Shown here piece by piece: positions 53,387 through 63,800 of a stretch of 64,000 nucleotides of DNA (position 1 is its first letter; each line of letters starts with the position of its first letter). This DNA is from Candidatus Iainarchaeum sp. Lineage in GTDB: Archaea > Micrarchaeota > Micrarchaeia > Anstonellales > Bilamarchaeaceae. Under the pieces are notes generated by a model that had not been told where the DNA came from, did not search any database, and saw nothing but the letters and a program-made list of their open reading frames with translations. The stretch lies in assembly GCA_028714535.1 (NCBI GenBank), contig JAQTME010000004.1:7319-71318 (forward strand), in the 5' to 3' direction. Position numbers and translations under genes: made by a program.

Positions 53387-54971
53387 TCTCCTCCAGTTTC
53401 CTGTCGATGCGCTTCTCTGCCTCCAGCCGCCCGAGCGAGTATTCCTTCATGTCCATGAATTTCATGCCTGAGGCGAGCAGCGGATGGACATTCCCAATCT
53501 GGCTGAACATCTCCTGGGCCATGCGCCTGTAGTCTATGTGGCCCTGCATCGCGCTGCGCAATTCGAGCAGGTGGTACGCCTCGCGCAGGTTGAACGTCAT
53601 GTGCCACCTGATATTATAGGCAAGAGGCACCACGTATTGCGCCTCCTTCGGATGTTCGGATGCGATCTCGTCGTAGGCGTCCGCAGCGAACGCCATGGCA
53701 TCGCGGAACTCCCTTTCGCATCCCGCCTCTGCCACCTCCGGCGGCATCTTGTAGCCCAGGTATGGCGTCAGCAATTGCCGCTGCTGCGTGAGCACCCTGT
53801 GCCTGTGCATGTCCCTGTACGCGCCGTAGTTGCCGCATATCTCGAACGTGTAGTATGCCTGCTCGAACGCGCGGCCTGGCTTCTGCCTGCGGTTCTCGCG
53901 CTCGTTGATATATGCCTTGATGACCGTTTCCTTCTCCTCGCGGCTCATCTTTCCCACAATCGCCTCAATCTCCTTCATGGGCTTGAGCAGGTACGGGTAG
54001 AGCGCTGCCGTGATTATCTTCTTTTCCGCATCCCTGTCATAATCGACTAAAACCACTGATTCGGTGCCGCTGGCCCCTGCGTATTTCGCGGCCAGCTTCT
54101 CCATCTGCCCGCGCACGCGCCTGTAGAATCCCTGCATCGCCACGCCGTTCTTGTCATTAGCGCGCTTCACGAACGAGGGGATGTGCGTCGCGAGCTCTGC
54201 CTGCATCATGCCTGCGAGCTCGCGCATCTCCACCAAATCGTCAGCGTACATTTTCGTGAGAAGGTACTCGTATGCGCGCCCGTCGCCGAAGAACCCCATG
54301 TTCGTGAGCGTTGCCGCGGGCAATAATCCGCGCAGCAGGTCGCAGGTCTTCGCGCGCACGCTTGCGGCATAGGCGCGGTCCGAAGCCTGTGCGTCCTTCG
54401 GCTGCTTTTCCATTACGAATTTTGATACCCGCGGTATCAGGTCGGCGTAGGTCTGGAAGCACTTGTCGCACGCCTTCGTGTATAGCGGCGCGAATTCCGA
54501 CGCCATCAGCGTCTTCTCGCGCAGGTACGGCCATGTGCCGTCCGGGCGCTTCACGTCGAAATAGACGTAGCGCGTGGATTTCTCGAGCGGGGAGAGCCCG
54601 ATGCGCGCGTCCTCGAGCGCCTTGGTCGCGATTATCGATATTTCCTCGATGGCGATGTGCGCGCCCGCGAGCTCCGCGACGCTGTCGTCGCCATAGCCCA
54701 CCAGGACGCGGTCGTAGAACTCCTCTGCCTTCCTGGTCTGGACGACGCTGCCTGCGGGCGTCGCGTCGCCGAGCATCTCCTTCATGCCCAGCTCCGGGGA
54801 CAGCATGAACTCGTCGAGCAGCACGCGCCGCAGGCTCTTCGGGCTGCGGCTGTAGCGCGAGAAAAGCGCGCCCTTCACGACCTCGGGCAGGTTGGTCAGC
54901 ACGAACACCGGCCTGTCAAGGTTGCTCACGTAGGGCTGGAGCAGCTTCCGCTCCTCTTCTGTGAATTCCAT
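53361..54971 (-). CDS. ThyX-family (flavin-dependent thymidylate synthase-like) protein, unusually long (536 aa) with ~300-aa insertion
   Basis: N-terminal ...ALFSRYSRS (ThyX RVS region), then YTFEICGNYGAYRDMHRHR (cf. FTFHVKAPIFVARQWFRHR), then NIRWHMTFNLREAYHLLELRSAMQGH (cf. [25 protein letters not shown]). Confidence 0.55.
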   Translation of the reverse strand: MEFTEEERKLLQPYVSNLDRPVFVLTNLPEVVKGALFSRYSRSPKSLRRVLLDEFMLSPELGMKEMLGDATPAGSVVQTRKAEEFYDRVLVGYGDDSVAELAGAHIAIEEISIIATKALEDARIGLSPLEKSTRYVYFDVKRPDGTWPYLREKTLMASEFAPLYTKACDKCFQTYADLIPRVSKFVMEKQPKDAQASDRAYAASVRAKTCDLLRGLLPAATLTNMGFFGDGRAYEYLLTKMYADDLVEMRELAGMMQAELATHIPSFVKRANDKNGVAMQGFYRRVRGQMEKLAAKYAGASGTESVVLVDYDRDAEKKIITAALYPYLLKPMKEIEAIVGKMSREEKETVIKAYINERENRRQKPGRAFEQAYYTFEICGNYGAYRDMHRHRVLTQQRQLLTPYLGYKMPPEVAEAGCEREFRDAMAFAADAYDEIASEHPKEAQYVVPLAYNIRWHMTFNLREAYHLLELRSAMQGHIDYRRMAQEMFSQIGNVHPLLASGMKFMDMKEYSLGRLEAEKRIDRKLEEIGRKYAAH

Positions 54972-54975
54972 CCGA

Positions 54976-56199
54976 TTACCCGAGAAGCGCCTTGAGCGCG
55001 CCGACGAGCTGCGGCCTGCCCGCGACGATCTTCGCGACCACGGCCGCGAACCTGCCGTCCATGACGTCCTTCAGGTCGTTGTCGTTCAGCACGCCGAATA
55101 TGTGGTTCATGTCGTCGTCGCCGAGGTTCTCCATGACCTTGCGCAGGGCCAGCTTCTTCTCAAGGTCCTTGCCCAGGCCCGCGCGCCACGGAACCTCGTA
55201 GCTCTTGTACAGGAAGTCGCGCGAGAGGTCCTTCTTCTTCAGCGCCTCGACCGCTGCGTTGCCCGCGAGGATGCCTGTTTCCATCGCTATCGCGATGCCG
55301 CCGCCGTGTATCGGGTCCACCTGCTTCGCGGCGGTGCCGATGACCATGCAGTTGTCCTTCACGAACTCGCTTATCGGCGCGCCCACTGATATCACGCCGC
55401 CGAAATCCAGCAGCGTGCTCGCATCCCTCAGCTGGCTGTTCCCTTCTATGTAGCTCTCAAGCAGCGCCTTCGGGTCCGCGCCCTTCATGCCGTTCTTCTC
55501 GCCGTTGGTCACGTTGCCGCCTATGCCGATGCCCACGTTCGCCTTCCTGTCGGCCTTGGGGAATATCCAGACGTAGCCGCGCGGCGCTATCTTGTTGCCG
55601 AAATACAGTTCAATCAGGTTCTCGTGGTCGTACGGCTTCATCTCGTACTGGTAGCATGTGTCGACGTCGTAGAGCTGGTGCACGGTCTTGAAGCCCATCT
55701 GGCGGGCCATCATGGACTCCATGCCCTCGGCCGATACTATGAGCGGCGCGCGCACCTCGTACGGCTCGCGCCCGCCATGGGCTATCTTAAGCCCGTTCGG
55801 CTTTCCCTTCGCGTCCTTCAATACCTCGGTGGCGCGGGTGTAAGTGTGGACCTTCGCGCCCTTGGCGACAGCCAGCTCCGCGAGCCACTTGTCGAAGCAT
55901 TTGCGCTCGAGCACCCAGCCGCGGGTGTCCTTGTTCTTCCAGGTTATGGACTTGCCGTTCGGCGCAATCACCTTTGCGCCGAGCACGGGCGTGGAATAGC
56001 ACTGGCGGGGCAGGTCCAATCCCTTCTTTATCACTTCCCCCTCGCCCAGGCCCTCGCCGCAGCGCACAGGGACGCCGATTTCCCTGCGCTTGTCTATGAC
56101 GAGCACGTCGAGGCCCGCCCCCGCGGCGATGCGCGCGAACGTGGAGCCCGCCGGCCCGCCCCCTATGACTATGGCGTCGTGGTCGTATTCCATAAACAT
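54976..56199 (-). CDS. Geranylgeranyl reductase family FAD-dependent oxidoreductase (digeranylgeranylglycerophospholipid reductase-like)
   Basis: DAIVIGGGPAGS FAD-binding motif. Start chosen at MFMEYDHD; the ORF track extends 62 aa upstream. Confidence 0.75.
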   Translation of the reverse strand: MFMEYDHDAIVIGGGPAGSTFARIAAGAGLDVLVIDKRREIGVPVRCGEGLGEGEVIKKGLDLPRQCYSTPVLGAKVIAPNGKSITWKNKDTRGWVLERKCFDKWLAELAVAKGAKVHTYTRATEVLKDAKGKPNGLKIAHGGREPYEVRAPLIVSAEGMESMMARQMGFKTVHQLYDVDTCYQYEMKPYDHENLIELYFGNKIAPRGYVWIFPKADRKANVGIGIGGNVTNGEKNGMKGADPKALLESYIEGNSQLRDASTLLDFGGVISVGAPISEFVKDNCMVIGTAAKQVDPIHGGGIAIAMETGILAGNAAVEALKKKDLSRDFLYKSYEVPWRAGLGKDLEKKLALRKVMENLGDDDMNHIFGVLNDNDLKDVMDGRFAAVVAKIVAGRPQLVGALKALLG

Positions 56200-56408
56200 T
56201 ACCTCTTTGCCGGAAGGTCCTTGGGGTCCTTCACGCCCTTGTAGAGCCGTATCACGTTGGCCGGGCACGCCCTCACGCATATGCCGCAGTCTATGCACTT
56301 CTCCGGGAAGTGCTGCATCCGCGTCCCGATTACCTCTATGGCGTTCACCGGGCACACCGAAGAGCACCCGACGCACAGTATGCATCCTTCGTGCTTTATC
56401 GTTATCAT
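56199..56408 (-). CDS. 2x[4Fe-4S] ferredoxin
   Basis: Two CxxCxxCxxxCP motifs. Stop overlaps the GGR start. Confidence 0.75.
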   Translation of the reverse strand: MITIKHEGCILCVGCSSVCPVNAIEVIGTRMQHFPEKCIDCGICVRACPANVIRLYKGVKDPKDLPAKR

Positions 56409-56448
56409 AGTCTCTCCCTTCCGAAATATCAAGGCGAAACGTTTTTGT

Positions 56449-56976
56449 CTATGCCTGTTTCCTCTCTTTAAGCATTTCCACGAGCGCCTCCCCGAATTCG
56501 CCGGCGCTGTGCGGCCCGTCGGCCGTGAGTATGTGGCCGTCCTGCACCACGGGCTTCTTCCAGTATGCGGCCCCGGCGTTCCTCAGCGCCTGTATGGCAG
56601 GCATGTCCGGGAAGACCGTGGCGTTCCTCTCCCTGAGCACGCCGGCCTTGGCGAGCGTTAGCGGCCCGAGGCATATGGCCGCGACAATCCGCTCCATCTC
56701 GCTGGCCCTGGAGACCAGCTCGCGGACGTCCTTGTTTTCCGCAAGCGCAGCCGCGCCTGGCCCGCCGACTATCACTATGCAGTCGAAGAACCCGGGATTC
56801 GCCTCGTAAGCCGCCATGTGCGGCTGTATGGTAAGCCCCTTCATCCCGGTGGCCTTGGCCCTGGTGATGCTTGCTATCTTGACGTTGTGGCCCGCCTTCT
56901 CCAGTATCTCCTTCGGCACGAGGAACTCCTCGTCCCGGAAGCCGTTCTGGGCGACGACCATGAGCACGTTTGCCAT
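56449..56976 (-). CDS. DJ-1/PfpI-family protein
   Basis: ...AAICLGPLTLAKAGVL... nucleophile-elbow Cys. Confidence 0.7.
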   Translation of the reverse strand: MANVLMVVAQNGFRDEEFLVPKEILEKAGHNVKIASITRAKATGMKGLTIQPHMAAYEANPGFFDCIVIVGGPGAAALAENKDVRELVSRASEMERIVAAICLGPLTLAKAGVLRERNATVFPDMPAIQALRNAGAAYWKKPVVQDGHILTADGPHSAGEFGEALVEMLKERKQA

Positions 56977-57080
56977 GCCAGGGCTTCGTATCGAACATTT
57001 TTTTACCTATCGTCTCCTGCCGAAGGGGGGCTACGTCGCCTTTATTTACCTTGCCTTTTCAGTATCCTCGGTGATGGTTA

Positions 57081-57512
57081 ATGGCTTTGGACATAAAGAA
57101 GTGTTTTGACGCGTCGCTGATGCCCGCGGCAGTTGTGATTGCCATCGGCATACTCGCAACGCTCGTCGGGCGGTTCGTGCCCACGCTGGCGTGCGTGCTG
57201 GGCCTGCCGGTCATGCTGGCCGGGCTCATCGTGCTCGCATGGGCGGGCTACCGCGCAGTCAAGGAAATGCGCATGGACATAATAGGCGCTGCCGTGACAG
57301 GCCTCCTTGCCGGGCTGATAGCCGCCCTTGTCGGCGGAATCATAAGCCTCCTGCTGATGATAGTGCTCGGCGCTGCAGGGACAGGCGCTGCCGGCGTCGC
57401 CCTGTTCGATGTCGTGGCCATACTCGGCCTCGTCATAGGCACGGTGGTCGGGGCAGTCGAAGGCGCCGTCTGCGGCGCAGTCGGCGGCTTCGTGGCCAAC
57501 ATGAAGAAGTAG
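57081..57512 (+). CDS. Small Gly-zipper-rich integral membrane protein, hypothetical
   Basis: Four hydrophobic segments rich in GxxxG/AxxxG. Confidence 0.5.
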   Translation: MALDIKKCFDASLMPAAVVIAIGILATLVGRFVPTLACVLGLPVMLAGLIVLAWAGYRAVKEMRMDIIGAAVTGLLAGLIAALVGGIISLLLMIVLGAAGTGAAGVALFDVVAILGLVIGTVVGAVEGAVCGAVGGFVANMKK

Positions 57513-57573
57513 CGCGGTTCGGGCTTGCGGGCGACCGCAAGCCTTTTTATTCTCTTTATTCCTACAATCATCC

Positions 57574-58434
57574 ATGTTTCTCGTGAGCCCTAATTTCCCA
57601 GAGATAGCACAGCCTAGCATCGAGTTCAAGACGTTCCCGGACGGCGACTCCTACGCGCGCATAAACGACATAGAGAAATGCCAGGGCGAGGACGTAATCC
57701 TCTTCCACAGGCTGTACCCAAAGCAGAACACGGCCATATTCAACGCGTCCCAGATACTGCACACGCTCAAGCGCGTGGGCGCCCGCGTGACGCTGGTGTC
57801 GCCCTACCTGCCCTACGCCAGGCAGGACAAGACGTTCCTGATGGGCGAGGCGCTCTCGGCCCAGGTCCTGTGCAAGCTGCTGGCCGACTTCGGCGTGGTC
57901 AAGCTCGTCACCGTGGACTGCCATTTCCTCAAGAAGGAGGGCGAGTCCGAATACGTCCACCTGAAAATCCACAACACCAGCGCCAACAAGCTGCTGGTGG
58001 AGCACGCCAGGAAGAAGGTCGGGCTTGAGCAATTGGAGGTCATATCGCCTGACCAGGGCGCCAACTACCTCGTCTCCGAGTTCGGCGGGAAGAGCATGAG
58101 CAAGGTGCGCGGCGACTACGACAAGGGCAAGGGCGAGGAGGCGTACCGTTCCGTGCAGAAGATAGAGCGCGGGTTCGACGTCAAGGGCAAGAACGTGCTC
58201 ATACTCGACGACATGATAGCCACCGGCAGCACCATGATAAAGGCGGTGGAGAACGTGAAGAAGGGCGGGGCCCGGAAAGTTTTATGCGCTGCCACCCACG
58301 GCTTCTTCCTCAACGACTCGCTCGCGAAGCTGAAAAGCATCTCAGACGGCGTCTTCACCGCGAATTCCATACCCAACGAGGTCGCGGAAGTCGACATCGT
58401 CCCGCTGTTGAAGAAAGAGGCAGGCGTCCAGTAG
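57574..58434 (+). CDS. prs: Ribose-phosphate pyrophosphokinase (PRPP synthetase)
   Basis: PRPP-binding VLILDDMIATGSTM. Confidence 0.85.
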   Translation: MFLVSPNFPEIAQPSIEFKTFPDGDSYARINDIEKCQGEDVILFHRLYPKQNTAIFNASQILHTLKRVGARVTLVSPYLPYARQDKTFLMGEALSAQVLCKLLADFGVVKLVTVDCHFLKKEGESEYVHLKIHNTSANKLLVEHARKKVGLEQLEVISPDQGANYLVSEFGGKSMSKVRGDYDKGKGEEAYRSVQKIERGFDVKGKNVLILDDMIATGSTMIKAVENVKKGGARKVLCAATHGFFLNDSLAKLKSISDGVFTANSIPNEVAEVDIVPLLKKEAGVQ

Positions 58435-59781
58435 CTAGCCCTTCGCTATCTTCTCGTATTCCTTCGCCAGCTTCTGCGCCTTCGCTTCCGTCGTCGCCTC
58501 TGCGAACACGCGCACGTACGGTTCCGTTCCGGAGGCGCGCACGATGACCCAGGAATCCCTGAAGTTCACGCGCACCCCGTCCACATTGACATGGGCGAGC
58601 CTGTTCTTTTCGGCGTATGCGCGCACGCGCGCGACGAGCTCCTTTTTCCCTTTCGCATCAGCACCAATCTTCAGCTTCACGTTGCAATACGCCGGCACGT
58701 CCTTCAGCCAGGCGCTGAGCGGCTTTTCGCACAATGCCTCCGCCAGCTTCGCGGCAGTCATGAACCCGTCCTTTGCCATGCCCAGTTCCGGCCAGATGAC
58801 GCCTCCGACCTCCTCGCCGCCCATGGCAGCGCCTTCCATCCCCTCGCACAGCGCAGGCGCGCCTATGGCTGTGTAGCGCACCTTCGCGCCGCATTTTTTG
58901 GCAACGTCCTCCACTGCCCTGCTGGTGGCGACGGTAGTGACGACATCGCCCTTCAATTTCCCGCCGGCCGCCTTCCACAGTATCGAGAGCGCATAGACCC
59001 TGTCGCCTATCACGTAATTGCCCTTCTCGTCCACGAAGATGACGCGGTCGCCGTCCCCGTCCCAGGCGATTCCTGCGTCCGCGCCGCTGCTTTTCACCGC
59101 CGCAATCAGCTCCTTCACGTTCGCCTCCGTGGGCTCTGACGGCCGCCCCGGGAACCTGCCGTCAGGCTGCCCGTTCAGCGGCACCACGTCGCAGCCCAGG
59201 TCCCTGAGGAGCGGCAGTGCGATGAACACAGCAGTCCCGTTGCCGCAATCCGCGATGATTTTCGGCCTGCGCTTCCTTATCTTTCCTGCGTCAACGAGCG
59301 CTTTTATCGCGGCAGCGTGGTCTGCGGCCGCATTATCATATCTCGTGGCCCTGCCCGTTCCGTTCCCGGCCCTGCCCATGAGCTTCTCTATCTCAAGGCC
59401 GCGCGCGGCCGATATCGCGATCCCGTTCCCGTCCACTGCCTTCAGGCCGTTATACTGCGGCGGGTTGTGGGACGCGCTTATTATGATGCAGCCCGCAGCG
59501 CCAAGCCTCTTCACCATGTATTCGGCTGTCGGCGAGCTCGCGATGCCTATGTCTATGGCGTCGCAGCCAGCTTTTGAGAGCCCTGCCAGCACCGCGGCGA
59601 GGTACGTTTCGCCGGTCAGCCTGCAGTCGCGGGCTACGATTATTTTGGCAGTGCCCTTCTTGCCCTGGCGTGCGGCCCCCTCTGCCAGGTAGAGGCCCGT
59701 CGCCTGGGCGATGCGCTGCGCCAGCCCTGGAGGGAGCTCCTCAAACGTGCCGCGCACGCCGTTCGTCCCGAAATAAGCCAT
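58435..59781 (-). CDS. Phosphohexomutase (phosphoglucosamine/phosphomannomutase family)
   Basis: Active-site SASHNP motif, Mg-binding DGDGDR. Confidence 0.85.
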   Translation of the reverse strand: MAYFGTNGVRGTFEELPPGLAQRIAQATGLYLAEGAARQGKKGTAKIIVARDCRLTGETYLAAVLAGLSKAGCDAIDIGIASSPTAEYMVKRLGAAGCIIISASHNPPQYNGLKAVDGNGIAISAARGLEIEKLMGRAGNGTGRATRYDNAAADHAAAIKALVDAGKIRKRRPKIIADCGNGTAVFIALPLLRDLGCDVVPLNGQPDGRFPGRPSEPTEANVKELIAAVKSSGADAGIAWDGDGDRVIFVDEKGNYVIGDRVYALSILWKAAGGKLKGDVVTTVATSRAVEDVAKKCGAKVRYTAIGAPALCEGMEGAAMGGEEVGGVIWPELGMAKDGFMTAAKLAEALCEKPLSAWLKDVPAYCNVKLKIGADAKGKKELVARVRAYAEKNRLAHVNVDGVRVNFRDSWVIVRASGTEPYVRVFAEATTEAKAQKLAKEYEKIAKG

Positions 59782-59832
59782 ATGATGTGAGTTCGTTCAT
59801 GGATTTTAAATTGGTTGCGATAAACTCCCCTC

Positions 59833-60396
59833 ATGGAAATAGAGGTCCTGCGCCTCGGCCACAGGCTCCCGAGGGACGAGCGCATATCCACGCACGTCGC
59901 CCTGGTCGCCCGTGCGTTCGGCGCGCGCTCCATCACATACAGCGGCCAGCACGACTCAAGCCTTGAAACCAGCGTGGCGCGCATCTGCGACGCATGGGGC
60001 GGCAGCGCATCCGGCGCGCCATTCACCATAGCATACGAAAAAGCATTCGGGCAGTTCATAAAAAGGAAGAAGCGCGACGGCTTCGCCATCCTGCACCTGA
60101 CGATGTACGGGCTGCCGCTTCCGCAGGTGCTGCCAGAGGCGAAAAAGGCGCAGAAACTCCTGATTATCGTGGGCGCAGAGCAGGTGCCGCGCGAGGTGTA
60201 TGAGCTCGCCGACTTCAACGTCTCGGTCACGGGCCAGCCGCACAGCGAGGTCGCCGCCCTTGCGATTACGCTTGACCGCCTCATGGACGGGAAGGAGCTG
60301 CTCGCCACTGGCCCGGGCGCGCCGGATTTCAGGGGGAAGCTGCGCATAGAGCCTTCGGCAAAAGGCAAGAAAGTCGCCAGGATACAATCTATATAA
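59833..60396 (+). CDS. tRNA (cytidine56-2'-O)-methyltransferase aTrm56 (SPOUT)
   Basis: N-terminus VLRLGHRLPRDERISTHVALVARAFGA matches the Trm56 hallmark. Confidence 0.75.
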   Translation: MEIEVLRLGHRLPRDERISTHVALVARAFGARSITYSGQHDSSLETSVARICDAWGGSASGAPFTIAYEKAFGQFIKRKKRDGFAILHLTMYGLPLPQVLPEAKKAQKLLIIVGAEQVPREVYELADFNVSVTGQPHSEVAALAITLDRLMDGKELLATGPGAPDFRGKLRIEPSAKGKKVARIQSI

Positions 60397-60429
60397 ATCC
60401 TAACGGTGTGATGTAGCCACGGTGTTCAT

Positions 60430-60822
60430 ATGGACTGGAAAGGCATACGGTTCTACAAGGTAGAGGCGGAAAGCAGCAGGGACGAGAACTTCACTTCGGT
60501 GGCCGTCAACCTGGACGTCACTGGCATGAAGCCGAGCGGCGGCGACCTGCGCATCGATTTCTCATACTCCGTGAACTACCAGCCCGGCGTGGCCAGGCTG
60601 AGATTCGACGGCTATACTATAATCGGCGCCAGCAAGGCAGAACTCGACAGGATAGAGAAGGACTGGAAGAAGGACAAGACGCTGCCCAAGTCGCTGGCCG
60701 AGCCGCTCATCAACGTCATCTCGTTCAATGCTGAGACTAACGGCGTGCTGATAGCGAAGGCGATAAACATCGTCCCCCCGTTGCTCGCGCCGAAGATAGA
60801 GATAGGGGCCCCCAAGAAATAG
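60430..60822 (+). CDS. Hypothetical protein, 130 aa
   Basis: ORF with protein-like composition. No family recognised. Confidence 0.4.
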   Translation: MDWKGIRFYKVEAESSRDENFTSVAVNLDVTGMKPSGGDLRIDFSYSVNYQPGVARLRFDGYTIIGASKAELDRIEKDWKKDKTLPKSLAEPLINVISFNAETNGVLIAKAINIVPPLLAPKIEIGAPKK

Positions 60823-60863
60823 CCTGTGGCGTCCCTTCCTGTTCAAAAATCTCCCGCGCGCCC

Positions 60864-63800
60864 TCAGAATTCCGCGCCTATCTTGAAGTTGGCGCGCCAG
60901 TTCACCCTGACGTCCTTGCCCTCTGCGGTTTCAGTCGTCAGGGTGCCTATCGAAAAGTCAGCTGATGCGGCCGGGTTCATGAGCATGGACCTGTTCGAGA
61001 GCATCCACGCCTTCATGGTGTATTCCACGCCTGCGGTGAGCGAATAGTCCGCCCTGAACATGCCCTCCTTCGCGGACTCCCAGTACTGGGTGCCGAGCTG
61101 CCCGGTCAGGCTGCTGTTTGACGTGAGCCAGTTGAGGCCCGCGTTCGCATCCCACTGGAGCGCCTCGCCGTAGGCCGCGCGGAGCAGCTCCTGGTTCTGG
61201 TGTATGAACGAGCCCGAAGCGAACACGTTGGCCAGCCTGAAGCCCGCCTTGTCCGAGTATGGCATGGTGAATATGACGCCGGCTATGCCCTCCTGCTGGT
61301 CCAGCCGCTTGGCCTCGTCCTTCAGGTAATCGGTGCTGAAGCTCGTCGCAGCGCCGAGCGTCCACCTGCTGCCGAGCGGCACGCTGACGCCCGCATGCCA
61401 TCCTTCGGCCAGCTCCTTTATCCGCCCGCCGCCTATGGACAGCTCCAGGACCGGGCTCCTGAGCCTGAATTCCCCTATGCCCGGGAAGTGCGCCTCGCCG
61501 CTGAACTTCGTCCTCGGCAGCGGCGTGAGCTCTGCTATGCCGCCTATTATCGGTATGGTCCTCTTGTCCCGCGACATGACGTACGCCCTGAGCCCAACAT
61601 CCGCCACGTCGTAGCTCAGCGGGGTCCAGTCGAAGTTCATGAATGCCGCGCCCTTGTCGTTCAGGACGTCCCATCCGGTGCCTGCCTCAAGGCCGAGCTG
61701 GTTCGTTATCGACCTGCGCACGCCTGCCGAAACCAGCGCCTCGCGCACCGACCTCTGCCCTGCCTGCGTGCCGGCCTGGCCTGCCTGCGCGGCATAGGTC
61801 CGCAGCCACTGCGCCGAGTCCGTGCCGAGCGTGACGTTGTTGTTCGCGTCGATCGTGATGCCTGACCCTGCGGGCGCGCCGCTGGTCGTGAGCAGCTCGA
61901 AGAGCCTCTGCCTCGCCTGGACGTTGGCGCCGACCGACCTGAGCGTGCCGCTGAGCCCGAGGTTCTGGTCATAGAACGCCTGGGCCTCCTGGCTCAGCAC
62001 CGTGACCTGGGACTGCGACTGCGTCGTCTCCGTGAATGTCTTGATGAGCGTTGATGCGACCATGCCGTTGAGCATGTCCCTGCTCACGCCGTAGATCTTC
62101 CCGCCCTCCAGGGCCTCCCTGCCTGTTTCGGCCTCCCTCAGGAGCCTGCCGAGGCCGAAGCCGCCGTAGCGCACGCCCATGTAGTCGCGGCCGAACATGT
62201 GGTTCACTATCGCCGCGCCCTGCAGGTCGTCAGCCGTCATGTTCTTCGCAAGGCCGATGAAGCTGCGCACTTCGGTGTCGTTGTTCTTCAGGTATGAGAA
62301 TTCGCCGTAGAACCTGCTCTTGCCGTCCGCCTCCACGCGGACATTCTCGGCAGTGAGCCTCCCCACCCAGAACGACCGCTTGTCAGGCATGAAGCGCCCG
62401 AACGCGCCCGCGGCCCTTCCGCCGCGCGTCTGCTCGTAATCGGCGTAGCCGCCCCACTTTCCGACCTGCGCCGCGGCGCCGGCCCCCTGGAACTGGTCCC
62501 AGGCGGTGTAGTCGCTGGTCCACGGCCCCGAGAAAAGCACCGCGCCGTCCATCTGCGCGAGCGCATCGCCTGTGCGCACCCCTGCGCCGCCATAGAGCCT
62601 CTGCATCGGCCTTTCGAACGCCTCTGCGTACAGGATGGCGGCCTGTTCCTCTGAAAGCGTCGCCGCGTCTGAAAGTATGAAGCTGCCGTTGGCCATGCGC
62701 TGGTAGGCGTGCGCGGTGAGGCTGACCTCGCCCTTGGCGTTCTCGTTGCGCCTGAAAAGCATGAACGTCTCGGCGCCCTTGGGCGCGATGGCAGAGAATA
62801 CGCTGCCTATGGTCTCCAGCCGCGTGCCGGCCTGCTCGAAGTCGAAGCTGCCTGTGTTGACGTTGTAGTTCTGCGACGTGCGCAGGTTCTGCAGTTCCAT
62901 GCTGCCCACCTGCCTGGTCTGGACGCCCATGCCCTCGCTTATGCTGTAGCTCGCCCTGGCGTTGGTTGTCGCCCCTTCCCTGGCCAGGTTTGAGGCGACG
63001 TTTATCGTCGTGGTCGTGTTGTCGCTGGTCCTTGCCCCGGTCGTCTTGTTGAGCGCGTATTCGTGGTCAGTCGTCGTGTTGCCGTAGACGTTGGCGGCTA
63101 TCCACCTGCCCACCGGCGGCAGGTCTGGCGCCAGGTCCCCTATGTTCCTGAGCAGGATGGGCATGTTGAGGTACGGCAGCGGCAGGTTCACGCTGCCCTC
63201 CACCATGGGCTTGCCCATGAAGATGCCCATCACGCGCAGGAAAGCCGGCGCGCCCGTGGCGGCCTCGACGAGCGCAGGCCCCCTTGCGACCTGCAGTATG
63301 CCAGTGCTGGCCCATTCCTCATAGACCCTTTTCGGCACGCGCACGCGTATGTTCGCGGACAGCAGGAATATTTCGGCGAATTTCGGGTCCTCGGCCGGAG
63401 TCCTCACCCTGACGTCGTAGCCCTGCTCCCTCCCGGCCGCCTGGATGGCGGTTATGTCGGTGAACAGCTTCGCGAGCCTGTCCGGCAGGGTGCTGTAATA
63501 CTCGATGAGCAGATTCTGGTAGTCCCCGTTCACGAACATCTGGCTGGAGCCCGCGATGAAGCTCGCGATTGCCGCTATCGACGCGTCGTCGTAGTTCCCC
63601 AGCAGCTTGTCGCCGATTGTCGCGAGCAGCATGGACGCGTAGGGCGCGGGAAGCGCGGACAGCTCGTTGATGAGCGCGCACACCTTGGCCATCTCCGCCT
63701 CGTTGCCCACCAGCATCCCGGACCAGTTCCTGCCATAGTGCTGCCTGAGCAGGCCGTATATGCCGTAGGCGTACTCGAGCTGGATGTTCCCGAACGCCTG

